Shown here one piece after another: positions 37,020-48,229 of a DNA stretch of 64,000 bases. A program made the position numbers and the translations under genes. The notes under the pieces were generated by a model, which was not told where the DNA came from, did no database searches, and was given only the letters and a program-made list of their open reading frames with translations. Every line of letters starts with the position of its first letter. Positions within the stretch are counted from its first letter, which is position 1. This DNA is from an uncultured Gemmatimonadaceae bacterium (GTDB taxonomy: Bacteria; Gemmatimonadota; Gemmatimonadetes; Gemmatimonadales; Gemmatimonadaceae), in assembly GCA_963829055.1 (NCBI GenBank), contig CAWHHI010000020.1, positions 32,001 through 96,000 on the forward strand, given 5' to 3'.

Positions 37020-40000
37020 CTACTGCCGCTCCGTCCGCTGAAGCCGCGCCAGCTTCTCCTTCACTTCGCGGACGTGCGGCTGCAGCTCGGGGTCCGCGTT
37101 CTTCCACAGCTCGATGAACTTCGCGTAGTCGAGACGCGGCCTTCTCTCGCTCACCCTTCGCCTCGTACAGCTCACCGAGCCGCTTGTGTGCGCCGGCAAG
37201 CGCGATCGCGTCGACCTCGATGCGTACGCCGCTCGCTGGCGCCTGGATGTAGCGCTCGAACACAGCGGCCGCCGAGTCGGCGTTGCCCGCGAGGTCGTAC
37301 GCCCGGGCGATGTTCGGCAGCGCGCACGGCTCGCACACCCCGACGTCCGCCGCACGGTACTCGCGCACTGCGTCGTCGTACCGTTTTTCGGCGACAGCGA
37401 TGTGGCCGAGCATTCGGTGACGTGCCTCCTCATCCTCGAGGATACGAGCCTCTGCGCGACTCTTGTCGAAACCCGCCAGCATCGCCTTCGCCCGATCCGG
37501 ACGTCCAGCCAGCGAGGCTACCCAGACGAGGCGCTCGTACGGTCGGTCGAGCGGTGGCAGTGAGTCGAGTGGCTGTGCGACCAACGCCTGCTCGAGCGCG
37601 TGCTCCGCGCGCGGCTTGTCTCCGCGGAACCAGGCAGAGACCTCGACCTCGTCGAGCAAGGACATGAGCGCTGCGTTCGCAGTACCCATCCGCAGAGCGG
37701 CGTCATTCGACTGCCGGCTCAAACGCAATCCGTTGGCGAGCTGACCGCGCATCGTGGCAATCAGGCCGAGTCTCCAGTTCATCTCGGTCTGGGTATCGAG
37801 GTCACTCGACCGGGCCTGACGCAGGCTGTCGAGTATCACGACCGCGCTGTCGACCTGCCCCCGCGCGGCCGCGGTGAGCGCGCGCAGAACTGCAGACACA
37901 GGGTTTCGCGGCAGGTTCCGCGCGGCCAGGTCCGCTGTCTGCTGCGCCTCGCGAAGTTTGCCCTGGTCGATCTGGCTGTAGGCGAGGTTGTTGTAAAACA
38001 CGCCGGCAGTGCTCTGCACGGCGATCGCGCGTTTCGCCAGTTCCTCGGCTTTCGCGTAATCGCGCCGGTAGCGGTATTGAAGAGCGAGGTTGTTGAGCGC
38101 CGTGACGTTGTCCGGCTGAAGGTCGAGCAGTGACTCGTACGCGGAGATGATCTTCGCGCGATCCGGCGTCGGCCCGTAGTTGTAATACGCGGCTACCGTG
38201 AGGTAGCGCTCCGCATCGCTCAGCCGATCGCGGTGCTCGTACGCTTTCTGGATCGCCGACTGGCTGCGCGCTCGCGACATGTCTCGGTTGCGTAGCTCGA
38301 CCGCGAGCTTTCGGTACGCCATGGCGAAGCCGCTGTCGAGTGCGATCGCCTCCTCGAGCAGCGCCACGCCCTTCGGGGAAGTCGCCCTCGATTTCGAGGG
38401 CACGATTCCCGGCCACGTATTTCTGGAGCGCGGCCAGTGACGGCGTGCTGACCTTGTCGAGCGTGCGGGCGTTCTGGATCGTCTTCAGCGACTCGCCGAC
38501 CTTCGAGCGCAGCTTGCGCGAGAGCTTGTCGATCGCCGGGATGATGTCCTTCGCCTCTGCCGCGGTCTCGCGGAAGGTCGCCATCTCCTCGCCGGTCTGC
38601 GCACGAGACGAGACGCGCGGACAGTACGTAGCTGCCACCGAGCTCCGTGACAGTGCCGTCGACGACCGCCTTGATGCCTTCGCGCGTCGCGATCTCGCGC
38701 GCGATCGCAAAGTCCACCTTCGACGACGACGGGCGCTGCATCCGGCGGAGCACCTCGCGCACGTCGCTCGCCGGCATCACGTGCAGGTTCTCGGACTCGG
38801 CGAGATTGGTACGGAACGCCTCGGTCACCGTGGGGCCGAGCATCGAATCGCTCGCCGGACTCGCGAACTCGGTGAGGATCACCCGCTCGCGCTGGCCCAT
38901 TTGCCCGGCCGCCATCAGCGACGCCGCCGGCCCGATCCCCATCGCGCGCATGATCATCCACGCCGCGGTGAGCGCGACGAATCCACCGACGGCAACGAGT
39001 CCGCCCATGGTCGTGCGACGCCAGCTCACGTGCGGGCTCGCCTTCATCGCGATCGTCGCCATGGTGCCCCGAGCGAGCGATGGCGTTCCGCCGGGCGTCA
39101 GCGTCGGTGTGGACGTGAGCGCGCGATGCGTCGTACGGTGGACGTACGCGGTGAAGAGGATCACCGGCAGGCCGAGCGCCATGACGATGATCGCGCCCGG
39201 GAAGACCCAGCTCGGCAGCCCGATGCCGACGATCGCCGCCTTGGCGACGACGGCCACGAGCACGAACGCCGCGGCGTAGAACGCGAGCGCCTTGCGCAGC
39301 ATGCCACGTCCGGCGAGCAGCACCTCGGGCATGGCGGATTGTGCACCGCCGCTCCCGCTCGTCACCGCTTCCAGCACGCGCGCGATGTCGGACGCATTCT
39401 GCGGCCGGGCGTCAGGGTCCTTCTCGAGCAGCCGCGTCACCAGATCGGCGAGCAGCGGCGGCGTGTCCGGCCGTAGCTCGAGGATCGGCTGCGGACGCTC
39501 GCCCATGTGCGCCGCCATCAGCTTGTGCGGCGCGAGCCCGTGGAATGGCGGACGGCCGGCGAGCATCTCGTACGCCATGACGCCGAAGGCGTAGAGATCG
39601 GCGCGATGGTTCGTCGCCGGATCGCCGGCCGCCTGCTCGGGCGCCATGTACTGCGGCGTGCCGATCGAGGTGCCCAGCTGCGTCAGCGTGGCCCCGGGCG
39701 CCGCGATCTTCGCGGCCGAGAGGGCCTTCGCGATCCCGAAGTCGGTCACGACGGCGCTTCCGCCGGACAGCAGCACGTTGTCGGGCTTGATGTCTCGATG
39801 GACGACGCCGTGGTCGTGCGCGTACGCCAGCGCGCGTGCGACGTCGCGCAGGATGCCGACGGTCTCGCCGATCGTCACGCCGCCGCGCGCGAGCCGCGCC
39901 CGCAGGCTCGCGCCTTCGACGAACGGCATCGTATAGAACGGCAGCCCGTCGGTCTCGCCGGCGGAGAGCACGGGCACGATGTGCGGGTGCTGCAGCCGCG

Positions 40001-40205
40001 CCGCGAGCTGGATCTCGCGCTTGAAGCGGTCGACGCTGACGCCGGCCGCCAGCTCGGGCGGGAGCACCTTCACCACCACGCTGCGGCCGAGCGCCATTTC
40101 CTCGGCCACGAAGACGCGCGACATGCCGCCGCCGCCGAGCTCACGCTCGAGGGTATAGGCGTTGCCCAGCGAGGCCTGAAGGCGGTCGCGCAGTTCGGTT
40201 GTCAT
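37020..40205 (-). CDS. Membrane Ser/Thr protein kinase with TolB-N-like and TPR domains (frameshifts near 38610, 38375, 37135)
   Basis: ELGGGGMSRV, HRDIKPDN, VTDFGIAK, GTPQYMAPEQ, TM helices, TPR repeats ending LWKNADPELQP. Confidence 0.88.
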
Positions 40206-40388
40206 CGTATTCGGCGGGGGGAGTGCTGGTGGGACGAGACCGAACTTACGATGACGAACCGTTGCTGGCCAGCCACGAAGCGAGAACCGCTGCTCGTCCT
40301 CGCCGAATGCCAGTGAGGGGATTGCAATCGTGGGTGCCCGCTGTTCCCGACGCCTGTCGTTAGGCGCGCCTCGCCGCGGAACGTAGCC

Positions 40389-41172
40389 CTAGCGCCAGAT
40401 CGATGACGATGAGGCCGCGGCCATCTCGTACCACTTCTTCTCATCGACGCCGCGAATCAACAGCCAGCCGATGGTTACCGCGCAACCGAACAGCGCAAAG
40501 AGTGCTATCGGCAGGAAGAGCTTGCTGCCGAGCGGCGGATAGACGAACGTCAGCCAGCCTGCTCCGCCGATCAGAGAGAGAACACCCAGTACACGCGGAA
40601 GGAACGTCGCTCGAAACATCAGGTACCCGGTCAGTACGGTGCTGACGCCGAAGAAAACCAGCGCGATTTGTGTCCCCAGGGCGTTGATGCGAATCAGGAG
40701 ATACGCCATCGCCTCGAGCTGTCTGGCGTCGAAGGCCGAGAGATACGACGCGCCGCCTAACACGAAGAGCGGAGCGTAGAAGAACAGGCGCGCCAGGGCC
40801 TTGATCCCGGATCCAACGTATCCGAACACCGCCGCTGTTCTCGCCAGGCTGCGATCGACGGGCATGAGCAGGTCATACATCACGCGCGGTCGTCGCTGTC
40901 TGGCACGCCATCTCGATCATGAAAATGGCGAACGCCACGCGAATGAGCGTCTGATTCGCGACAAAATTGCGAGCGGTCGCGGCCGCATCGCCCGTCACGA
41001 CCAGCCGGTCGCTGATGAAACCCTGAGCGACGACTCCACCAACGATCGTGGCGAGGAACAACGCGCCACCGAGCCTCGCTTTTGTCTTCGGTGACATCTC
41101 CTTCGTTCGTGGTGCCGGTGCTGCCGCATCCGCGAACGGTTGTCGTACGGCAACGCTGGCGACGGTAGACAT
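40389..41172 (-). CDS. DUF4386 family membrane protein (frameshift near 40885)
   Basis: ARLGGALFL, GDAAATARN, GYLMFRATFLPRVLG, WLLIRGV. Confidence 0.8.
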
Positions 41173-41204
41173 CGTGCTCTCCCAATGGTTAGGCGGCAGT
41201 GGGC

Positions 41205-41447
41205 TCACGCCCGGTGTCGTTCTCGATCGCGATCGCTTTCATCGCTCTCGCGGAATTCCAGAAGGTCCCCGGGTTGGCACTGCAGCGCGTCGCAGATCGC
41301 CTCGAGCGTAGAGAAGCGAATGGCGCGTGCCTTTCCGGTTTTGAGGACCGAGAGGTTGGCGAGCGTGATGCCGATCTTTTCCGACAGCTCCGTGAGCGAC
41401 ATCCGGCGCGCGTACAGCATGTCGTCGAGCTTGACGTTGATCGCCAT
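41205..41447 (-). CDS. Cro/C1-type HTH regulator (YozG-like)
   Basis: MAINVKLDDML..GITLANLSVLKTGKARAIRFSTLEAICDALQCQPGDLL. Confidence 0.93.
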   Translation of the reverse strand: MAINVKLDDMLYARRMSLTELSEKIGITLANLSVLKTGKARAIRFSTLEAICDALQCQPGDLLEFRESDESDRDRERHRA

Positions 41448-41449
41448 GA

Positions 41450-41980
41450 CTACACCGTCCCGTCGAGATCCTCGCGCATGCGAGCACCGTGGTCGAAGAC
41501 GCGCGCCAGCACGAACAGCAGGAGCACCGCCAGCCACGGCGTGACGGAGAAATTCAGGTCGATGTGGACTGGGCGAGCCGCCGTAGACACGCTGTTCGCA
41601 ATTCCAACGACGACGAAACGGCTCAGCTCCAGCGCGAGCACCGACCAGGCGATGGTCTGCAACCGCGACGCATTCTCGGTCACGAATGGATCGCCGGCGC
41701 GGACCGTCTCGACGATGCAGAGCAGTCGGGAGAGAATCGCGTTCGTGATGGGGGCTGCAACGACGCCGATCACCATGATGAGGCGCATGCCCAGCAGCGC
41801 GCGCGGACTGTCGTCCGTGCCCAGTGCGCGCGCTACGAATTCCGCGGCGAGGAACGTCCAGATGAGGAGGCCGAGAATCGCGGCGCCAAACAGCCAGTTC
41901 AGCGTGATCAGGATTCGGAGAACCTTGTGCGATACCGCTAACGCGCCGGCGTTCGGCTGGAGCATTGATTCGTGCCTCAT
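41450..41980 (-). CDS. DUF2975 family membrane protein
   Basis: GDPFVTENASRL...VLARVFDHGARMREDLDGTV. Canonical partner of the YozG-like HTH. Confidence 0.85.
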   Translation of the reverse strand: MRHESMLQPNAGALAVSHKVLRILITLNWLFGAAILGLLIWTFLAAEFVARALGTDDSPRALLGMRLIMVIGVVAAPITNAILSRLLCIVETVRAGDPFVTENASRLQTIAWSVLALELSRFVVVGIANSVSTAARPVHIDLNFSVTPWLAVLLLFVLARVFDHGARMREDLDGTV

Positions 41981-41997
41981 GGCTGCGGATGGCTCAC

Positions 41998-42029
41998 ATT
42001 TCGATAAACGATAAGACATTTATCGAAAT
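41998..42029. promoter_or_regulatory. AT-rich operator-like inverted repeat
   Basis: ATTTCGATAAA-N10-TTTATCGAAAT just upstream of the DUF2975-HTH operon, with extra CGATAA half sites nearby. Confidence 0.65.
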
Positions 42030-42177
42030 TCAGCAAGCCATGTGTTGATAGTCGATAATTCTGCCGTGGTGGATGCCGCCTGCCCCAGCGGTTATTATCA
42101 GCCCGCCCAACGACCGCGACCTCCAGGAGTGAGCGTTGTCGCTCACTCCAACTCGTGTCAGAGTGCAACCCACCTCG

Positions 42178-43707
42178 ATGCAGGACGACCCCCGCGAAAC
42201 GGCTGCGCGCAGAGCCATCGATGCCGGCGACTGGCAGACGGCTCGCGACCTGTACGAGGCGCTCGCGCGGGAAACGAACGCGCCCGAGGCATGGGCGGGC
42301 CTCGCCGAGGCGGCGTGGCTGCAGCAGGACTCGCGGCTCATGATCGACGCGCGGCTGACCGCGTATCGCCTGCATCGCGAGCGCGGCAACGACGTCGCCG
42401 CCGCGCGCATGGCCATCGCGCTCGGCAACGACTTTCTCGACTTCCGCGGCGATGCCGCCGTCGCCAACGGCTGGTTCAAGTACGCGCGGCGGTTGCTCAA
42501 GCCGTTGCCGCCCTCGGCGGAGCATGCGCGGCTCAACGTCTGGGAAGCGCGTCTCGCGTTGATCGGCCGACAGGATACGGCCGAAGGCGCGCGCCTCGCC
42601 GAGGAAGCGTTAGGCCTCGCGCGCGAGAGCAATTGTCCGGATGTGGAGGTGCTCGCGACCGCGATGAGCGGGCTCGCGCTCGTCATGAACGCGCAGCCGG
42701 ATCGAGGGCTCGCCCTTCTCGACGAGGCGGCCGCCGCGGCGCTCGCCGGTGACATCTCCGATCCGTACGCGGCGGGGCTGACGTGCTGCTATCTGATCAG
42801 CGCCTGCGACCGCGTGCGCGACTACGACCGCGCCGCTCAATGGTGCGCGCGACTGCGCGAATTCTCCACGCGCCAGCGCTTCGCGATTCTGATGACCACG
42901 TGCCGCTTGCAGTACGGGAGCGTGCTGATCTCGCGCGGCGAGTGGGCTGAAGCCGAAGCGGAGCTGCAGGCGGCGATCGCCGATCTCCGCGAAGTCCGCC
43001 CGGTCGTCCTGCCGGCGGCGTATGCGAGACTCGGCGAGCTGCGTCGTCGCCAGGGCCGGACGGACGAAGCGGTCGAACTGTTCGAGCAGGCGGGCAGCCA
43101 TCCGCTCGCGCTGCTCGGCGGCGCCTGGATCGACATCGAGCAGGGCAATCTGACTCGCGCGCTCGAGCGGGCCCGCGCGTACTTGCGGCGCTTTCCGGAA
43201 GACGCGCTGCTCGAGCGTGCGCCCGCCAACGAGCTCATGGTTCGGATTGCGGCGGCATCCGGAAAACCGGCAGACGCCCAGCAGGCCCTCGCCGAATTGG
43301 AGAAGGCGGCCGCGAAGTACGAGCTGCCGCTGCTGCGCGCGGCGGTGCTGTCCGCCAAGGCCATCCTCGCGGCCGCCGATGGCGACGACGCGCGCGCCGC
43401 GGAATTGATGGAGGACGCGGCGGCGTTGTACGACAATGCCGGCTTCGTTCATGAAGCAGCGACGGCGCGCCGCGAGCTGGAGAAAACCAGGGGCAGCGGT
43501 TCAGTCGCGCCTAACGCGCCGCTCACGCAGCGCGAGATGGAAGTGCTCCGTCTGGTCGCGAAAGGCCTGAGTGAGCGCGAGGTCGCGGACAAGCTGTTCA
43601 TCAGCCATCACACCGCGCATCGGCATCTCTCCAACATTCGGCTCAAGCTCAACGCCGCGACGCAGGCGGCGGCCGTGGCGCACGCCGCTCGCATTGGTCT
43701 GATCTAG
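42178..43707 (+). CDS. LuxR family regulator with TPR-like helical sensor region
   Basis: ACDRVRDYDRAAQW motif. C-terminal PLTQREMEVLRLVAKG..LFISHHTAHRHLSNI. Confidence 0.88.
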   Translation: MQDDPRETAARRAIDAGDWQTARDLYEALARETNAPEAWAGLAEAAWLQQDSRLMIDARLTAYRLHRERGNDVAAARMAIALGNDFLDFRGDAAVANGWFKYARRLLKPLPPSAEHARLNVWEARLALIGRQDTAEGARLAEEALGLARESNCPDVEVLATAMSGLALVMNAQPDRGLALLDEAAAAALAGDISDPYAAGLTCCYLISACDRVRDYDRAAQWCARLREFSTRQRFAILMTTCRLQYGSVLISRGEWAEAEAELQAAIADLREVRPVVLPAAYARLGELRRRQGRTDEAVELFEQAGSHPLALLGGAWIDIEQGNLTRALERARAYLRRFPEDALLERAPANELMVRIAAASGKPADAQQALAELEKAAAKYELPLLRAAVLSAKAILAAADGDDARAAELMEDAAALYDNAGFVHEAATARRELEKTRGSGSVAPNAPLTQREMEVLRLVAKGLSEREVADKLFISHHTAHRHLSNIRLKLNAATQAAAVAHAARIGLI

Positions 43708-43714
43708 CGGTGCC

Positions 43715-43866
43715 TGTCATTCCGAGCGAGCGTAGCGAGTCGAGGAATCGCGCTCGTCCGGATAGAGAGGCCCCTCCGCGACGATCGCGATTCCTCGACT
43801 GCGGCCTGCGGCCTCGCTCGGAATGACGGTCCTCGACTCCGCGCCTCGGCCTCCGCTCGGAATGAC
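43715..43866. repeat. REP-like element, family 2B, with duplicated right end
   Basis: TGTCATTCCGAGCG..GTCGAGGAATCGCG...CGCGATTCCTCGAC, then two GCTCGGAATGAC ends. Confidence 0.85.
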
Positions 43867-43997
43867 GTGTTCCCTAGCCCCATGGCCCAATGGGGCCATG
43901 CCGGCACGTCGCGAAAAAATGGCACGTCCAGGCGAAGTTGCAGCGCTTCGCCACCGGTACCTTCGGCTCACGAATTTCACCTCAGCCGGAGGTACCT

Positions 43998-44294
43998 ATG
44001 AAGAAATACGTGATCGAGCGCCCGATTCCCGGAGTCGGCTCGCTCACCCGAGACGAGCTGCACGCCGCGTCGACGAGGTCCTGCGTCGCCCTCGATGAGC
44101 TCGGACCCGACATTCAGTGGGTCCACAGCTACGTGACGGACGACAAGATCTACTGCGTGTACCTCGCCGCGAACGAGCAGCTCATCCGCGAGCACGCGCG
44201 AGCGCGCGCGATTTCCCGCGGTGAGGATTTCCGCCGTGCGCGCAATGATCGATCCCACGATGCGGATCGCGACGTGCCGGCCGCCGTCGCGTAA
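43998..44294 (+). CDS. DUF4242 domain protein (probable frameshift near 44210)
   Basis: GGAGG RBS. MKKYVIERPIPGVG, IQWVHSYVTDDKIYCVY. Confidence 0.85.
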   Translation: MKKYVIERPIPGVGSLTRDELHAASTRSCVALDELGPDIQWVHSYVTDDKIYCVYLAANEQLIREHARARAISRGEDFRRARNDRSHDADRDVPAAVA

Positions 44295-44355
44295 CTGGTC
44301 GCGACCGTGACGTCCTCGATCCCAAACACTCGAACACTCGACACCGAGACGACAT

Positions 44356-44954
44356 ATGACACGCCTCATCCTCATCCATCGCCTTCGCGCTCGTGCTTTC
44401 CGCCGCGCTGACTGCCTGTCAGGACAACGCGGGATCGACCGGAGCCTGTCATGGCACCCACGTTCGCACGGTCCGCCGGCGACGCCGCGCCGATCACCGA
44501 CGAGACGCAGCTCTCGGAGCTGCGCCGAGTGACCGCCAAGTTCCACTCGATCGACGCGGCGAAGCAGGCCGGTTACTCGACGCAGATCACGCCGTGCTGG
44601 GCGCACCATTCCGCCGGCGGCATGGGCTACCATTTCGGCAACACGAACCTGTTCGACGCGACCGTCGCTCTGCTGCACCCGGAGACGGTGATCTACGAGC
44701 CGCAGGCCGGCGGCCACATGAAGCTGGTGGGAATGGAGTACATCGTTCCGCTGGACGCGTGGGCAGCCGCGAAGCACGATCTGAATGATCCGAACGATGT
44801 GCCGCAGCTCCTGGGACAGCGTTTCACGCGGCATTCCTTCCTGCCGATTTTCAAGCTGCACATCTGGCTGTGGAAGAACAATCCGTCCGGCACGTTCGCG
44901 GACTGGAATCCCAAGGTCTCGTGTCAGTACGCTGACTCGACCGAGGTCTTCTGA
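44356..44954 (+). CDS. Conserved hypothetical lipoprotein (5' frameshifts)
   Basis: LTAC lipobox fragment. GGMGYHF, PETVIYEP, LHIWLWKNNPSGTFADWNPKVSC. Confidence 0.7.
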
Positions 44955-44985
44955 CCGAGGTCGTCCAGCAAGTCGTTAGGCGAAC

Positions 44986-45023
44986 AAGAGGGGAGCGGCG
45001 CCACGCGGCACCGCTCTTCTTTT
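44986..45023 (+). terminator. Intrinsic terminator
   Basis: GAGCGGCGCC-ACGC-GGCACCGCTC followed by TTCTTTT. Confidence 0.6.
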
Positions 45024-45339
45024 GTCAGTGCAGCGCAGGAGCATCGCGCACGGTTCCAGGTTCAGGTGCCGAACCAGCGCCTCCGCTGAAGACGAAACGT
45101 CAGATAGATCAATCGGTGCGGCGGTACCAGAAGAACAGCGCGTACTTGAGCACGATGAAGGTCGCGGCCACCGCTGAAGGCACGATGTCGCCACATCGAC
45201 GGGCGATACCTAACGTGGAATGCCCGGGTCTGCTGCGCTCCGCGTCACGAGCAGAACGAACGGCGTCGCGGCGAACGCGGCGACGAGCGCCAGCGTCGGG
45301 TACCCCCACGCGCCCACGATCACGCCGGAGAGTGCGCCC

Positions 45340-46035
45340 GCCGATGCGCCAGCCAGTCGTGCGTGAGCCCATTGCGCGCGCGCACGAGGACGAGCTGCTG
45401 GCGGCGCTGGCTCGACTCCACGGGCGATTCTGGCGCTCAGCAGCGCTCTCGATCCCCTGGCTAGCGCGTGCGTCGTGGACGTCGGAGGTCGTATTCCCGG
45501 CCGTGCTCGACGATACCGCAGCGCTCGCGCTCATGCCGCCCCCGCTTCGCGAATGGCTTCGCCTCGGCTGGGACGCCGCCCTCGCGCGCGTGTCGGCACG
45601 CGCGGCGAGCGTGCTTCGTCTTCCGGCGCGGGTCGTTCACGAAGCATGGGCGACCTGCCGCAGACGCTCGTCCATGGCGACATTAAAGTCGCGAACTTCG
45701 CGGTCATTCCAGACCGCGGCGTCGCCGCATTCGACTGGGCAATGATCGGGGTGGGTCCATCGACGACTGACCTTGGCTGGTACCTCGCCGTGAACGCGAG
45801 CCGGCTCGCGCGCAGCAAGGAGGCGGTCATCGCGCGCTACCGCGAGCTGCTCGAGCGCGAGCTCGGACAGGAGCTCGATGACGCGCTGTGGGCTCGGCTC
45901 GAGGATATCGCCGTGATCTACGGCGCGCGCACCATGCTCTGGGCCAAGGGCGCGCAGGTCGCGACCGGTAGCGACGCGGCGCGGGCCGAGTGGGACTGGT
46001 GGGCCCTGCGGCTCGAGGACGCCGCCAAGCGCTGA
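45340..46035 (+). pseudogene. Aminoglycoside phosphotransferase/choline kinase-like, N-terminally truncated and frameshifted
   Basis: LAALARLHGRFW in one frame, then LPQTLVHGDIKVAN and FDWAMIG in another. Confidence 0.65.
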
Positions 46036-46200
46036 CCTCGAGAGGGAAGGCGCTCCGTGACGTTAGGCACGGCCAGCCAGGCAGCCTCTACCGCGCGATG
46101 CGTTGCGCGCAGGCCGATCGGTACTTTCTAGCGTCGCACCGTGACGGTAATCTGTCAGGCGACCGGGACACCATCGAATCTCTTTATGGGGAGGTGCGCC

Positions 46201-46629
46201 ATGGATGTTCGACAAACGATTACGCAACTCTACCGTGACTATGAGAATCGGGACCTACCGAAGATTCTGGCCGCGCTGCCGAACGACTTCGTGTTCGAAT
46301 GGCATCATGACCCGACTACGGCCCGGGAGGCCGGCATCTCTCGCAGCAAGGACGAGTTGGTCCACCATCTGAAGGATATTGCAGAACACTTTCGTTTCAA
46401 CGCGTATCACGCAACCAATATCCTGGTCGATGGAGATCGCGCCGCAGCGCAGCTTGAGGCCGACCTGACGTCTGTGGCCACCGGCAGCCGCTTCTCGATC
46501 CAGATCGCTCATTTCTGGTCGTTCGAGGACGGGATTCCGGTGCACCTCGTCGAGTACATGGATTCTGCGGTGATGGCGAGACACAGCACGCCGGCAGAAA
46601 GCGACGCTCCGTCCCCTGTGAGTGCCTAA
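46201..46629 (+). CDS. Nuclear transport factor 2 / SnoaL-like protein
   Basis: GGAGG RBS. ILVDGDRAA, AHFWSFEDG..LVEYMDSA. Confidence 0.8.
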   Translation: MDVRQTITQLYRDYENRDLPKILAALPNDFVFEWHHDPTTAREAGISRSKDELVHHLKDIAEHFRFNAYHATNILVDGDRAAAQLEADLTSVATGSRFSIQIAHFWSFEDGIPVHLVEYMDSAVMARHSTPAESDAPSPVSA

Positions 46630-46904
46630 CGACGAAAGGAACGCATCGGTTCGGCGTCCACACCTCGCAGCGTGACCGTCGCGATCGTGCCGCGTGGTTC
46701 CGTGCCGACGGTCCCCGCAAAGCGCCGCGCTGGTGTTCGATCGGACGGGATTGCCGGGGCTCCAGGTCATCCAGGATCCACTGGCTTACGAAAGCCGCAC
46801 CCAGCGCTCCAACATGGACGTGTTCGATCGTTGTACCTAGCAGCCGATGCGAAACCAGCCGCTGCCGCGTGAGGGCCGCTGAGCGCAGCCTCAGGAGGCC
46901 GTGT

Positions 46905-47990
46905 TCACATGGGAAGCGGCTCGTGCCTCAGCCGCGCCACGAGCGCCGGGTACCGCGCGTCGCTCCACAGCGGTTCGTACGCCGGAATGGTCGCAAGCCC
47001 GTTGAGGTGCGGGTCACGCTCCTCGAACGCGCGCTCGATCCATTGGATTGCCGTGTCCATGTCACCGAGAGCCACATACGCGTAAGCGACCTGGCAGGAC
47101 GGCGCGTGAGGCAGCTCGTCCGGCGCCTCCAGCTCGGCCAGGATCGCGCGCGCCTCGGCGGCGCGCCCCTGTGTGGCGTGCACGTAGGCATTGAGGGCTC
47201 GGTCGCGGCGACCTCCGACCTCCACCGCGCGTCGAACTTCGCGAAGGGCGTCTTCGTGCCGCGCGAGCGCGAGATACGCGTGCACGAGGATCTCGCGGCC
47301 TAACGTGAAGTACGGTGCGATCTCCACCGCTCGCTCGAGGTAGGGGAGCCCCTGCGTCGCGCGACCGGTCTCCAGATAGATCCACCCAAGCGTCAGGTGC
47401 ATGAACGGGTGCAGCGGATCGCCGGCGAGCGCCCGCAACGCATGCGCCTCCGCGTCGCTGAAATGCCGCTCGCACTTGAGGACGATCGCGTAGAACTGGT
47501 GCGCGTCGGGGTTTCCCGGGTCGAGCTCGATCGCGCGCCGGACGTTGCGCGCGGCGGCCGACACGTCGAGGTCCGATGAGAAGCACACGTGGCCCATCGC
47601 GAGATGCGCGGCGGCGAGCCGGTCGTCGAGCTCCACCGCCCGCGCTGCGACCCGGTGTGCCGGCGCCGCAGTCTCACGTGCCGGCTGATCGCCGACGATG
47701 GGAAGCATAATGTAGCTGTACGCCATGGCGGCCCACGCGGCCGCGAATCCGGGGTCGCGTTCGACCGCTTGCTCGTAGAGCGCGACCGAGCGGCGCAGGG
47801 CGTCGGGGTGCCCCTCGCGCAGGGCGGCGCGTCCCTTGAGATACAGGTCGTGCGCGACGATGTCGGTCGTCGGTGGCCTAACGATCGGACCGTGCCCAGC
47901 GCCGAGCTTCACGCGGAGCGCGTTCACCACCGCCTGCGCGATCTCCTCCTGGACCTCGAACACGTCCGCCGGCGTGCGGTCGTAGGCGCT
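46905..47990 (-). pseudogene. C-terminal TolB-N/TPR part of a kinase- or cyclase-type protein lacking its N-terminus
   Basis: YDRTPADVFEVQEEIAQAV, AHDLYLKGR, TPR repeats, LWSDARYPALVARL. The upstream sequence is unrelated. Confidence 0.7.
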
Positions 47991-48229
47991 CGGCCCTGAC
48001 AAGACGTTTCCGGGTCGGTACCCGCTCACGAGCATCGGACGCGAGCCTTGAGCCGGTGCCGCGCGGCGCGGGCTACCGCGTCCAGCCATGGTGTCGACGC
48101 CGAGCGATGCGGGCCACGAGGTCCGAGACGTCCGAGGCCCTTGCCCTCGAGGGCGAAGGACGACGCTACGCCCGGTGAGCGGAGCCGGGCACGGCGCTGA
48201 GGCGCGCCGATGAGAAGCTCGTCCGCTCA

